NCBI GenBank assembly: GCA_016182555.1
Contig: JACPGJ010000008.1
Coordinates: 455,411-519,410 of the forward strand
From: Candidatus Kerfeldbacteria bacterium
Lineage (GTDB): Bacteria > Patescibacteriota > Patescibacteriia > UBA9570 > XYC2-FULL-38-9
Direction: 5' to 3'
DNA: 64,000 nt
The position numbers and the translations under genes were made by a program. Shown in pieces: positions 49,534-59,414 of this stretch (position 1 is the stretch's first letter; every line of letters begins with the position of its first letter). The notes under the pieces are model-generated. The model did no database searches. It had not been told where the DNA came from and saw nothing but the letters and a program-made list of their open reading frames with translations.

Positions 49534-49550
49534 TTTCTGCGACTCAAAAT

Positions 49551-51689
49551 TTATTCTTCGTCTTCAGTGGCGACTGAACCTCCACGCGCTTCAATCACTT
49601 CTTTGGCCACATTCTTTGGCACTTCAGCATATTTCTCGAATTCCATGGAATAGTTTGCACGACCTTGAGACATCGAACGAAGGCTGGTCGCATAACCAAA
49701 CATTTCGGCCAATGGGACTAAGGCACGCACAACTTTCACAGTTCCGCGGTCGGTCATTTCCTGAATTTGTCCACGTTTAGAATTGATATCGCCCATCACA
49801 TCACCCATGAACTGTTCGGGAGTCATCACTTCTACTTTCATAATCGGTTCCAACAATACTGGGTCGGCTTTACGTGCCGCATTACGGAACGCTTTTGAAC
49901 CCGCAATTTTGAACGCCGCTTCTGAAGAGTCGACTTCATGGTACGAACCATCAAGCAAGGTGACGCGAATATCTAACAATGGATAGCCAGCCAAAATACC
50001 GCGATCCAGTGCTTCACGAATACCTTTTTCAACAGCAGGAATGTATTCATTTGGAATAGATGCTCCTTTAATCGCATTCTTGAATTCAAAATGTTCAACC
50101 TCTTCACCCTCTTCCACTTCGCTCTCCAACACCTGTAATGGTTCAACTTTCAATACAACATGACCATATTGACCGCGACCACCAGTCTGTTTCACATACT
50201 TCTCTTCTCCTTCTGCGGAGCGTTTAATCGTTTCTTTATAAGCCACCTGTGGTTTACCGGCAGTGGCTTCCACCCCAAATTCGCGCTTCATGCGTTCAAT
50301 AATCACTTCCAAATGCAGTTCACCCATACCAGCCAAAATAGTTTGATTGGTTTCTTCGTCTGAACGCACACGCAAGGATGGGTCTTCATCTGTCAGGCGC
50401 GCGATAGCCATACCCATTTTTTCTTGGTCAGCTTTAGTTTTCGGTTCAATGGCAATAGAGATCACCGGTTCTGGTGCGATAATTGGTTCCAAAATAATTG
50501 GATGATCTTCATCGCATAATGTGGTGCCAGTTTTTGCATCTTTCACACCGACTGCTGCGGCGATATCACCGGCATGAATTTCACTAATTTCTTCACGAGA
50601 ATTTGCATGCAAACGTACCAAACGCGAGATGCGTTCTTTTTTACCTGTCGCCATGTTGAGCACATACGAACCCGATTTCAATACGCCGGAATAGACGCGA
50701 ATGAAAATGAGTTTGCCCACAAATGGATCTGAAGCAATTTTGAAAGCAAGTGCTGCCAATGGTTCGCCATCTTCTGGTTTACGAGAAATTTTTTGTTCTA
50801 AATCGTCTGGGTCTGAACCAACCGTTGGTGGAATGTCGAGTGGAGATGGCAAATACGCAACCACCGCATCCAACATAAACTGCACGCCTTTGTTTTTGAG
50901 CGCTGAACCGCAGAGTACTGGAACAACGTTGTTTGCAATCACGGCTTGGCGCAATACTCGGTGAATATCTGCTTCAGATGGTTCATTGCCTTCCAAGTAC
51001 GCGTTCATGAGCGCTTCATCATTTTCGACAATCGCTTCAATGAGCTGTGTGCGGTACATGGCTGCGCGTTCTTTTTCTTCTGCCGGAATGTCTACTTCTT
51101 CAAATTCACGACCCATTTCATCTTTATAGATCACGGCTTTTTGACGAATGAGATCGATGATGCCTTGGAATGTATCAGCCGCACCAATAGGCAGCTGAAT
51201 TGGATGCGCGTTTTTGGTGAGCCGGTCATGGATCATCCCCAAATCTTTGTAGAAATCTGCACCTGTGCGATCCATTTTGTTAATAAAACACATGCGAGGA
51301 ACTTTGTATTCTTCTGCATAATGCCAGTTAGTTTCGGATTGCGGTTCCACACCGGCAACACCGTCGAATACCACCACCGCGCCGTCGAGCACGCGCAGAG
51401 AACGCTTCACTTCTACGGTAAAGTCGATGTGGCCAGGAGTATCGATGAGGTTGATTTTATGCTCTTTCCAAAAACAGGTGGTCGCTGCAGCGGTAATGGT
51501 GATACCACGTTCTTGTTCCTGTTCCATCCAGTCCATGGTTGCTTCACCTTCATGCACTTCACCAATTTTGTGAGTCTTGCCGGTGTAATACAACACCCGT
51601 TCAGACACCGTCGTTTTTCCGGCGTCGATGTGTGCAATGATACCGATGTTCCGCGTATCTTGTAATGGATATACTTTTTCTTCAGACAT
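49551..51689 (-). CDS. fusA: Elongation factor G
   Basis: [18 protein letters not shown] and GMGELHLE motifs. Confidence 0.99.
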   Translation of the reverse strand: MSEEKVYPLQDTRNIGIIAHIDAGKTTVSERVLYYTGKTHKIGEVHEGEATMDWMEQEQERGITITAAATTCFWKEHKINLIDTPGHIDFTVEVKRSLRVLDGAVVVFDGVAGVEPQSETNWHYAEEYKVPRMCFINKMDRTGADFYKDLGMIHDRLTKNAHPIQLPIGAADTFQGIIDLIRQKAVIYKDEMGREFEEVDIPAEEKERAAMYRTQLIEAIVENDEALMNAYLEGNEPSEADIHRVLRQAVIANNVVPVLCGSALKNKGVQFMLDAVVAYLPSPLDIPPTVGSDPDDLEQKISRKPEDGEPLAALAFKIASDPFVGKLIFIRVYSGVLKSGSYVLNMATGKKERISRLVRLHANSREEISEIHAGDIAAAVGVKDAKTGTTLCDEDHPIILEPIIAPEPVISIAIEPKTKADQEKMGMAIARLTDEDPSLRVRSDEETNQTILAGMGELHLEVIIERMKREFGVEATAGKPQVAYKETIKRSAEGEEKYVKQTGGRGQYGHVVLKVEPLQVLESEVEEGEEVEHFEFKNAIKGASIPNEYIPAVEKGIREALDRGILAGYPLLDIRVTLLDGSYHEVDSSEAAFKIAGSKAFRNAARKADPVLLEPIMKVEVMTPEQFMGDVMGDINSKRGQIQEMTDRGTVKVVRALVPLAEMFGYATSLRSMSQGRANYSMEFEKYAEVPKNVAKEVIEARGGSVATEDEE

Positions 51690-51703
51690 ATATTGTGTGT
51701 ATG

Positions 51704-52168
51704 TTAAGCGAAGTGAGCAAAGGCACGGTTAGATTCTGCCATGCGTTGCACATCTTCTTTCTTCTTCATTGCCGCACCTTCATTGCGGCTCGCATCCATC
51801 AGTTCCAACGCGAGTTTTTCGCGCATTGGTTTACCGGCACGGGCTGATGCAGCTTCAATGATCCAACGAGATGCTAATGTGAAGCGACGTTCTGGGCGCA
51901 CTTCAACTGGCACCTGATAATTCGCCCCACCAATACGGCGAGCACGTACTTCCAATGATGGCGACACATTTTGCATCGCTTTCATCCACACATCATAGCC
52001 TGGTTCACCGGTTTTCTTTTCAATGTAGTCAAAGGCACCATAGACAATTTTGGTTGCCACGGTTTTTTTGCCACGTTGCATGATGTAGTTAATAAATTTC
52101 GAAACTTGTGTTGATTTATATCGTGGGTCTGGCGCGACATTGCGTTTTGGAGCTTGTTTACCTCTCAT
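51704..52168 (-). CDS. rpsG: 30S ribosomal protein S7
   Basis: [11 protein letters not shown] and [10 protein letters not shown] motifs. Confidence 0.98.
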   Translation of the reverse strand: MRGKQAPKRNVAPDPRYKSTQVSKFINYIMQRGKKTVATKIVYGAFDYIEKKTGEPGYDVWMKAMQNVSPSLEVRARRIGGANYQVPVEVRPERRFTLASRWIIEAASARAGKPMREKLALELMDASRNEGAAMKKKEDVQRMAESNRAFAHFA

Positions 52169-52194
52169 ATCTTTATTGGTTCAGTGTAGTTAAA

Positions 52195-52614
52195 TTATTT
52201 CTTTGGGCGTTTTGCGCCATACTGGGAGCGACTTTGCATTCGTTTTTCTACGCCTTGCGTATCATAGACTCCACGAACAATACGATAGCGAACACCTGGT
52301 AGGTCTGGCACGCGACCACCTTTAATCAACACAATGCTGTGCTCTTGCAAGTTGTGTCCTTCTCCAGGAATATATGCCGTTACTTCCATTCCGTTGGATA
52401 AACGGACACGAGCAATTTTTCGCAGAGCGGAGTTTGGTTTCTTTGGTGTGGTGGTGGTGACTTTCACACAAACGCCACGTTTAAAGGCCGCACCTTTTGG
52501 CAGCTTCTTTCGTTTACGATGAAGGGCATCGAAGGTGGATTGAAGGGCTGGGGTTTTGGATTTTCTCTTGGCTGTACTGCGCCCTTTGCGCACCAATTGA
52601 TTCATTGTTGGCAT
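52195..52614 (-). CDS. rpsL: 30S ribosomal protein S12 (start MPTMNQ)
   Basis: [13 protein letters not shown] and [12 protein letters not shown] motifs. Confidence 0.98.
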   Translation of the reverse strand: MPTMNQLVRKGRSTAKRKSKTPALQSTFDALHRKRKKLPKGAAFKRGVCVKVTTTTPKKPNSALRKIARVRLSNGMEVTAYIPGEGHNLQEHSIVLIKGGRVPDLPGVRYRIVRGVYDTQGVEKRMQSRSQYGAKRPKK

Positions 52615-52845
52615 GGAAATGCAAATTAAAAATAAAGAATGATCGTTATCATTCATTCACGATTGAAACAGTTTACAGAGTATGATCTTCTCAGTTCATT
52701 GAAGGTCACATCCAGGAAACATTGATACATATTTTTTCAAGCCTGTCAGCCATGACAAACTCGAGGAACCGAAGCGATTATAAAATATGTATAAAATATT
52801 GTCAACCGATATAAAATATGATACTATACAAATTAATATATTCTT

Positions 52846-53094
52846 ATGGGTACAGAAATATTTCCAAAAATTCTTTTCTTCATTCAATTTGTGGTTGGCA
52901 CCATCGGTGTGGTCACATTGCTCACTGTGCTGATTTCATTTATCAGCCTGCTGCGTCACCGTAACGATAAAAAAATGATCACCCAAATGCGTGAACAAAT
53001 TGTGAGCGGTTTGATCGCGTTTATTATTATTCTCATTGTTTACGTGCTCTTCAGCGGCATTGGTCCAGCATTTCGTGTCCTCTTTTCAAAGTAG
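52846..53094 (+). CDS. Small two-TM protein, TrbC/VirB2-like pilin-type
   Basis: Two hydrophobic helices separated by a charged loop (RNDKKMITQMREQIVSGLIA), resembling CPR pilin-like proteins. Confidence 0.45.
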   Translation: MGTEIFPKILFFIQFVVGTIGVVTLLTVLISFISLLRHRNDKKMITQMREQIVSGLIAFIIILIVYVLFSGIGPAFRVLFSK

Positions 53095-53114
53095 CGCGAC
53101 GTGTAAAACTGGTG

Positions 53115-53741
53115 TTAGAAAATAAGTTGCAACGTCAGGTTATAGAAAAATTCGAAGAGACTGGCGATAAATCGGTCGCCAAAAAAAACGAGGGCGAGCA
53201 ACAACCACATGCCATAGCGTTCGAGGAACAGCACAATGTCTGGGCGTTTGTGGCCAATAAATGTATAAAGCAGTTTAGCACCATCGAGTGGTGGAATGGG
53301 AATGAGGTTAAACACCGCCAACAAAATATTCACTTGAATCAAAATAATAAAGAACACAATCATTAAATTATCTGGCGCGAAATCGCCAAAACGGTAAATG
53401 ATACTAAGGGCGGTGCCGATAACAACCACCACAAGGGTGTTAGCAATTGGCCCAGCCAGCGCCACCAGCGCCGGACCAAACCGTTTATATTTCAAGTTAT
53501 ATGGGTTAAATGGGGTTGGTTTTGCCCAACCAAACCCAGCAACCACCAGTAAGAAAAAACCCAACCAGTCAATGTGCGCTAACGGGTTTAATGTGAGACG
53601 ACCTTCATATTCTGCGGTTTTGTCTCCTTGCAAACGACCAGCAAAGGCGTGGGAAAATTCATGAATCGTCAGCGCAAGGATCACCGCCATCACCCATAAG
53701 ACAAAATAGATTGGCCGTTCTAATAAATCATTAATAAGCAT
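53115..53741 (-). CDS. Site-2 protease (M50) family metalloprotease
   Basis: HEFSH, LNPLAHID, AGP..N and FNLIPIPPLDG motifs. Confidence 0.92.
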   Translation of the reverse strand: MLINDLLERPIYFVLWVMAVILALTIHEFSHAFAGRLQGDKTAEYEGRLTLNPLAHIDWLGFFLLVVAGFGWAKPTPFNPYNLKYKRFGPALVALAGPIANTLVVVVIGTALSIIYRFGDFAPDNLMIVFFIILIQVNILLAVFNLIPIPPLDGAKLLYTFIGHKRPDIVLFLERYGMWLLLALVFFGDRFIASLFEFFYNLTLQLIF

Positions 53742-53838
53742 AAAACGTGAATGTGAATTGACAAATTTTTTAACCGTCGCTATAATCTGAAAACTGCTGA
53801 AGAAGTATCAACCTTCATTATTACGATAATATCTGCTT

Positions 53839-54015
53839 ATGTCAAAAGTCTGTGATATCTGCGAACGCGGATACTTAAAAGGGAATTCACGCTCTCACTC
53901 TAATATTGCGACTATCAAGCGCCAACAGGTGAACTTGCAAAGCGCAACCATCGAAGGCAAACGAGTGAAAGCCTGCACCCGCTGCATCCGCACCGTCGCC
54001 AAAAACGCTCAATAA
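53839..54015 (+). CDS. rpmB: 50S ribosomal protein L28 (missed by ORF track)
   Basis: MSKVCDICERGYLKGNSRSHSNIATIKRQQVNLQ...KACTRCIRT. Confidence 0.93.
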   Translation: MSKVCDICERGYLKGNSRSHSNIATIKRQQVNLQSATIEGKRVKACTRCIRTVAKNAQ

Positions 54016-54050
54016 AAATACCCGCTCTCTGTAGCGGGAATTTTTTTATT
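54012..54050 (+). terminator. Intrinsic terminator after rpmB
   Basis: CCCGCT-loop-AGCGGG followed by a T-tract. Confidence 0.75.
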
Positions 54051-54214
54051 TTCGATTTTGATTTTCATAAAATGAAGAGACGGCGCTAGAAAGTTATCCA
54101 CAGTCGAATTTATCTCTATCCTTAGCTAAAAATGATATTCGGCGAAAAATAGACGGCTGCACTTAGCCAATAACATAGTGGACTTTTTGCTATATCCGCG
54201 CATATACTCTATGT

Positions 54215-54347
54215 ACCGCTCTCAACCCGGACACGACAACGAATCCTGGTTTGTACATCTACTATTGAATCCCGCCAGTTACTGAGAGCGTCGGTTGAAC
54301 TGTTGTGCGTTTGTGCAGCAAATACAAACCGACGCTTTCTCTTTTTT
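54215..54347 (+). ncRNA. Riboswitch-like structured leader or sRNA
   Basis: Upstream TGGACT-18-TATACT; P1 CGCTCTCA/TGAGAGCG is mutually exclusive with the terminator GAGAGCGTCGGTT/AACCGACGCTTTC + U-tract. Confidence 0.55.
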
Positions 54348-54392
54348 CTTCATTTCTATATACTAAGTATAATCTACTAATAATACGTTTTT

Positions 54393-55982
54393 ATGAAAAG
54401 AAAAAATATTATCTCCTTTTGTGCCATATTGAGCATTATAGGATTACTATCCGCGTACTATCTTTACACCAGCAAGGGTTGTGGAGTATCTTCAAAAATA
54501 TGTATCGAGTCTCAACGTATAAGTATACAAATTGATATTCACAAAATTGGAAACAATGGAGTAGTAACATTTGGTGTTGGTTTAACAGATAATACCGGTA
54601 CTCGATTAACAGGAACAGAACGCGATTTTCATGAACAATGGAATTTTGGTGATGAAACATCACAACCAATTCAAGAGGCCCATGCTGATGGAGCTTTGCC
54701 CACATACGAAGCAAGCTACGAAAAAAAATATAGATATACAAAACCCGGAACATATACTGCATACATGCAAATGTTAGATGCAGAAAATGAAGTGCTGCGA
54801 AAATCAAATACTATTACCGTCACAATTCCGGAATCTTCATTCACTACAGCAGCGGAAACGACAACAGACGCTACAGATAGCGCAACACAACCAGAAGAGC
54901 AACGCGGTACACTCTTCTATGCCACAAATACAAAAAAACAACTCCTTATTTCTACCTATAACCCTGATACACAAGAGACACCAACTACCCAAACCATCCC
55001 GTTTGAAGAACAGATAAACCAAACCGGTAGAAATTCTTCCGGTGGAAACGATGCGGTTCAATTCAACCCCACAACACAGGAAATATTTATTTCTACACAA
55101 GGCAAAAGTGAATCAGCCTTTGAAAATTGCATAAATACAGATGGAACCTGCACCTCGCGTATATACAAAATCACTGCCAACAGCACAACACCAACTATTC
55201 TGTACGAATCAGAAAATCCACCAATCAATTGGGTAGTCAACCCTTATGATGATTCGTTGCTACTCAGTTCAACCGTTGAGGGAAAACAGATACTCACAAA
55301 ATTGAATGCGCAAGATGGTTCGGTGGTGTTTACTCAGGAATATATTATTCCCAAAAATACTGGTCTTAAAAATCTTGTGCTCAGCAATGATGGGAAAATA
55401 CTCTACCAAGCTTCGATAGAATCAGAAGATGGAAAAGCAATCAACGAAACTCTCCGTTTACGTGAATTTGATACCACAACCGGCGAGCTTACAGAAGTAG
55501 AAATATTTCAATTCAACTCAATTGACGCAACAACCACTATTTCTCCTAATAACAAATGGATTGCATTTTATGTAAACGCCTACGAAGCGCCACAATTAGT
55601 CATATGGGAGATTAAGGGGAAACAACCGCCTTCAATAAATCCATATCCATACACATCAAAAACAACGGGAGAAATTAGTAATTTCAATCTTTCCTGGTCT
55701 GGTGACAGCAAACGTCTATTCTACATGCGTGCTGATGGTTTAGTGTATTTCGACACCACAACCGGAACACATTCATTTGTCACAACAAGTAAAGAACGCA
55801 GAGAAACGCCATTCGTGTTAGAAGCAACGGGCGCCGAATCAGAAAACTATGTCTTCTATGTTTCTTCTGTAGACAGAACCATTGTACTGTACAACACCGC
55901 AATAGGAAAATATATCACCACGCCATTTTCTATGGTGCAAGATAATGAATCAGTGAATATTAACGGAGTCGCCTGGTATTAA
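54393..55982 (+). CDS. Membrane-anchored protein with PKD-like domain and probable beta-propeller
   Basis: N-terminal TM; WNFGD...YTKPGTYT PKD signature; ISPNNKWIAF and WSGDSKRLFY propeller-type repeats. Confidence 0.7.
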   Translation: MKRKNIISFCAILSIIGLLSAYYLYTSKGCGVSSKICIESQRISIQIDIHKIGNNGVVTFGVGLTDNTGTRLTGTERDFHEQWNFGDETSQPIQEAHADGALPTYEASYEKKYRYTKPGTYTAYMQMLDAENEVLRKSNTITVTIPESSFTTAAETTTDATDSATQPEEQRGTLFYATNTKKQLLISTYNPDTQETPTTQTIPFEEQINQTGRNSSGGNDAVQFNPTTQEIFISTQGKSESAFENCINTDGTCTSRIYKITANSTTPTILYESENPPINWVVNPYDDSLLLSSTVEGKQILTKLNAQDGSVVFTQEYIIPKNTGLKNLVLSNDGKILYQASIESEDGKAINETLRLREFDTTTGELTEVEIFQFNSIDATTTISPNNKWIAFYVNAYEAPQLVIWEIKGKQPPSINPYPYTSKTTGEISNFNLSWSGDSKRLFYMRADGLVYFDTTTGTHSFVTTSKERRETPFVLEATGAESENYVFYVSSVDRTIVLYNTAIGKYITTPFSMVQDNESVNINGVAWY

Positions 55983-56010
55983 AATCGACAACTATTGATT
56001 GAGAAAATGT

Positions 56011-56346
56011 ATGAAAAATAAAAAATGGTTTAAGGTTCTTGTTGTATTTGTAATCATTATTGTTATTATAGCGATTATTATTTTTTTAGGATTTCAAAAA
56101 CATACGCTGAACACTACAGTGCTCTCTTGCACTGAAAAAAATCTCGTAACAACAACAGGAAAATATCGCTTTCCACCGCAGTGGGGATTAGAAGGATACA
56201 AAATTCTTGTTCATCCTCAACCAGGAGGAATGTTTGATGCGATTTATCCAAATCAAATATGTAATAGTGAATCAAATTTCGTTCATGAAATCATCGCTAT
56301 AGAATACACGGGGTTGGGTTATATTACAGCGATTTACGTTCGTTAA
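56011..56346 (+). CDS. Membrane-anchored hypothetical protein
   Basis: MKNKKWFK followed by a long hydrophobic anchor. Confidence 0.6.
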   Translation: MKNKKWFKVLVVFVIIIVIIAIIIFLGFQKHTLNTTVLSCTEKNLVTTTGKYRFPPQWGLEGYKILVHPQPGGMFDAIYPNQICNSESNFVHEIIAIEYTGLGYITAIYVR

Positions 56347-56368
56347 TTTTTATGGGGTATTTGAATTT

Positions 56369-56827
56369 ATGAAAATGAAAATTGTATCCACGATAGGTTC
56401 GATATTTATCATCATCGCTCTACTACTCTCTTACTATTTATATACTGGCAGAAGCTGCGGTGTATCTTCAAAAATATGTATAGAATCACGAAAAATAAGT
56501 GTGGGTACGAGTGTGGAAAGAATTGGAAAAAATGGAAAAGTGATCTTTAATATCGGCTTAATAGATAATACCCGCACATATGACATTGACATGCAACTAC
56601 GTGATGAATGGAATTTTGGTGATGAGAATTCTACAACGCAATTAAGCGAGGAAGTACATACCGGTAGAATGATGCCAGATTATTTAATTGCCAGCTATAC
56701 AAAAGAATATACCTACACCAAGCCAGGAACATATACCGTTTTATTGAAAATCATTGATGCTACACACCACACAACATACACAGCAGAACCACTGAGCGTT
56801 ACGATTCCCGAATCTGCATTCAAGTAA
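56369..56827 (+). CDS. PKD-like domain protein, paralog of the 54393 N-terminus
   Basis: Shares CGVSSKICIES, WNFGDE, YTKPGTYT and VTIPES with the 54393 ORF. Confidence 0.75.
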   Translation: MKMKIVSTIGSIFIIIALLLSYYLYTGRSCGVSSKICIESRKISVGTSVERIGKNGKVIFNIGLIDNTRTYDIDMQLRDEWNFGDENSTTQLSEEVHTGRMMPDYLIASYTKEYTYTKPGTYTVLLKIIDATHHTTYTAEPLSVTIPESAFK

Positions 56828-56848
56828 AAAAGCTGAACACTAAAATAT

Positions 56849-57430
56849 TTACGCGCTCGCTTCAGCAAAACGAGCGCTGACCACTTTCCAATCAATCACG
56901 TTGAAAAAGGCTTTGATATAGTCCGCTCGGTTCACGCCGTAATCCAGCATGTACGCATGTTCAAACACATCGAGAATCAACAGCGGCACACCGCCTGCCA
57001 AGTGGCCAAGGTCGTGTTCGTTAATCCAGACATTGAATAAACGCTTCGCTTGTGGGTCGTAATAAAGAATGGCCCAACCAATGCCGCGCATACTTGCCGT
57101 CGCAATAAAATCTTTTTCCCAAGTTTCATACGCACCAAAATCTTCAACCAATTTTTTGTGCAACGAATTTTCTACATCATTTGTTTGTGGCTCTTGTGTC
57201 ATGTTCCCAAAATAGAGTTCATGCAAGCGCATGCCGTTGAACTCCCAACCGAAACGGCGTTTCAATTCAGCGTATTGCGGCGAAGTGGGATCGAGCGTTT
57301 TTAATAAATCACTCACTGCATTCGTATTTTTCACATAGCCTTGATACAGCTTGAAATGATTTTCCAATAATTGATTGCTAAAGCCCGGAAGGCCGAGCAA
57401 TGATGCATAGTCTTTTGCTTCGTATAACAT
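56849..57430 (-). CDS. Fe/Mn superoxide dismutase family protein (start MLYEAK)
   Basis: HFKLYQGYV, NGMRLHELYF, GIGWA and DVFEHAY motifs. Confidence 0.88.
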   Translation of the reverse strand: MLYEAKDYASLLGLPGFSNQLLENHFKLYQGYVKNTNAVSDLLKTLDPTSPQYAELKRRFGWEFNGMRLHELYFGNMTQEPQTNDVENSLHKKLVEDFGAYETWEKDFIATASMRGIGWAILYYDPQAKRLFNVWINEHDLGHLAGGVPLLILDVFEHAYMLDYGVNRADYIKAFFNVIDWKVVSARFAEASA

Positions 57431-57446
57431 AGGCGTGAATAAATAA

Positions 57447-58052
57447 TTAAATTTTTCCAACTAAATCCAAACCCGGTTTGAGCGTTTTTTCGCCTGGCTT
57501 CCAATTTGCTGGGCACACTTCGGAGCCGTGTTCACGCACAAACTGCGCCGCTTGCAACTTGCGCAATAATTCAGTACTACTACGGCCAATACTATTGTCA
57601 TGGACTTCATACGCTTTCAACACGCCATCGGGGTCGATAATAAATGAACCACGCAACGATAATCCTTCTGCAGGAATATAGGTGCCAAACGCTTTGCACA
57701 ATTTTCCAGTTGGGTCAGCGACCATGGGGAAAGTGATTTTTTTGATCGCTTCAGATTCATCGTGCCATGCTTTGTGAACAAACACCGTATCTGTACTCAC
57801 GCTCAACACTTCAGCATTCAGTTTTTGAAATTCCGGGTACAATTCCGCCATTTCTTTTAGTTCCGTCGGGCAGACAAACGTAAAATCAGCCGGGTAGAAA
57901 AACAACACTAACCATTTACCACTATAATCATTTAGCGTGATCTGTTTGACTTGTTCTTCATGGAAGGCTTCAAATTCCATCGTGCCCAGATGACCATGGC
58001 CGAGTTCACTCACCCGCTGACCGATGGAAATAGAACCAGAATTATTACACAT
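57447..58052 (-). CDS. ahpC: Peroxiredoxin AhpC (2-Cys)
   Basis: FYPADFTFVCPTE and EVCPANW motifs. Confidence 0.95.
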   Translation of the reverse strand: MCNNSGSISIGQRVSELGHGHLGTMEFEAFHEEQVKQITLNDYSGKWLVLFFYPADFTFVCPTELKEMAELYPEFQKLNAEVLSVSTDTVFVHKAWHDESEAIKKITFPMVADPTGKLCKAFGTYIPAEGLSLRGSFIIDPDGVLKAYEVHDNSIGRSSTELLRKLQAAQFVREHGSEVCPANWKPGEKTLKPGLDLVGKI

Positions 58053-58227
58053 ATCGTATTTTGGCTAATCATTAATCTCTCCTTCCCAGTATAGCAACGG
58101 CTTCAAAAAAGTCGAGCTGATCACTTGCAAACTAATCATGAGACCCCCTTGCATTGCAACACTATTCAGCCTATAATAAATTAAGACGTCCCCACCCTTT
58201 GTGGGTTTTATTATTTTCTTTTTTGCT

Positions 58228-58638
58228 ATGGATGAGGACGTTAAATGGTTACTACAAAAATTGGTTACCTGGACAAAACTCAAGCTGAAAATACATATTT
58301 TACAAGATACTCATCTTGTTTACTTTCACGAAAGAGAAATCTGGTGGTGTTCCCTAGGCATAAATATAGGATATGAACAAAACGGAAAAAATCAGTATTT
58401 TGAACGACCAGTGTTAGTGGTAAAAAAATTCAACAGATATTTACTATGGGCAGTTCCCTTAACCAGTAAACAAAAATCGGGAAAATTTTATTATGAAACA
58501 TGGTATGAAGGAAAAAAATACTCTATCATTTTGTCTCAAATGAGAGCAATCAGTAGCAAACGACTGTTGAGAAAAATACGCACTGTACCGCAGTCAGAAT
58601 TTACTGAGGTAAAAAAACAGATAAAACTCTTTTTATAA
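58228..58638 (+). CDS. PemK/MazF-family toxin without an adjacent protein antitoxin (start MDEDVK)
   Basis: REIWWCSLGINIGYEQNGK...ERPVLVVKK...VPLTS...SQMRAISSKRL. Confidence 0.85.
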   Translation: MDEDVKWLLQKLVTWTKLKLKIHILQDTHLVYFHEREIWWCSLGINIGYEQNGKNQYFERPVLVVKKFNRYLLWAVPLTSKQKSGKFYYETWYEGKKYSIILSQMRAISSKRLLRKIRTVPQSEFTEVKKQIKLFL

Positions 58639-58690
58639 AAAACGATCTCCCGCGTGAAAGCGGGAGTCTCGGAGCCCAAAGGCCATTTGT
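58637..58690 (-). ncRNA. Putative ~55-nt small RNA convergent with pemK
   Basis: Minus-strand TTGACT-17-TATACT (58725-58697), then a CTCCCGC/GCGGGAG hairpin and U-tract ending at the toxin stop. Confidence 0.5.
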
Positions 58691-58761
58691 ATAATAAGTA
58701 TATATCTATTTGTTCCTGTAGTCAATAGTGAAAATATTTTACTGAAAATCACTACGAAACA

Positions 58762-59409
58762 TTATATTTTCTTTACATTTTTCTTCCCAGTGGGGCAAAT
58801 ATCGTTCAACGGGCACTGCGCACAGAGCGGACGCGGTTTGCAAATCGCGCGGCCGTGCATAATCATAAATTCATTCACGTCGAGGTAATCTTTGGGCGGA
58901 AATAATTTTTCTAAATCGGCACTAATCTTGTTTGGCGAATCATGCTTCGTTAAACCGAGCCGCGGAGCAAGACGCCGCACATGTGTATCCACGGCTACCC
59001 CAACGTGTTGGCCATGCGCCTTGGCCATAATTAAATTCGCTGACTTATACGCAACACCCGGTAGCAACAATAATTCTTCGCGCGTGCGAGGAACTTCTCC
59101 GTTAAAACGCGCAACCAACAACTCCCCTATTCCTTTCAAATATCGCGCCTTCGATTTATAAAACGTCACCGAACCGATCTCTTGTTCAAGCGTGTGCAGG
59201 TCGGCTTTCGCGTAATCTGCTGCTGTACGGTACTTGCGGAATAACGTTGGCGTGACCATGTTAATACGTTTATCCGTGCACTGCGCAGAAAGAACCACGG
59301 CAATAACTAATTCCAGTGCGTTGCTCCACTGCACAAAGGTGTCGGTTTGGCGCGTGTACAACCCGCGAAGCCGACGCAATATTTCGTGTGCGCGTTCACG
59401 CTTGGTCAT
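58762..59409 (-). CDS. nth: Endonuclease III (start MTKRER)
   Basis: LSAQCTD, HhH LPGVAYKSAN, VDTHV, and the 4Fe-4S motif CKPRPLCAQCPLNDIC. Confidence 0.95.
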   Translation of the reverse strand: MTKRERAHEILRRLRGLYTRQTDTFVQWSNALELVIAVVLSAQCTDKRINMVTPTLFRKYRTAADYAKADLHTLEQEIGSVTFYKSKARYLKGIGELLVARFNGEVPRTREELLLLPGVAYKSANLIMAKAHGQHVGVAVDTHVRRLAPRLGLTKHDSPNKISADLEKLFPPKDYLDVNEFMIMHGRAICKPRPLCAQCPLNDICPTGKKNVKKI

Positions 59410-59414
59410 ACTGG

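Noticed and set aside
54060-54200. Replication origin
   Set aside because: There is only one DnaA box, no box cluster, and no dnaA or dnaN nearby.
54393-56827. Diversity-generating retroelement TR/VR pair
   Set aside because: No reverse transcriptase is in the window, the differences between copies are not adenine-specific, and both copies are coding paralogs.
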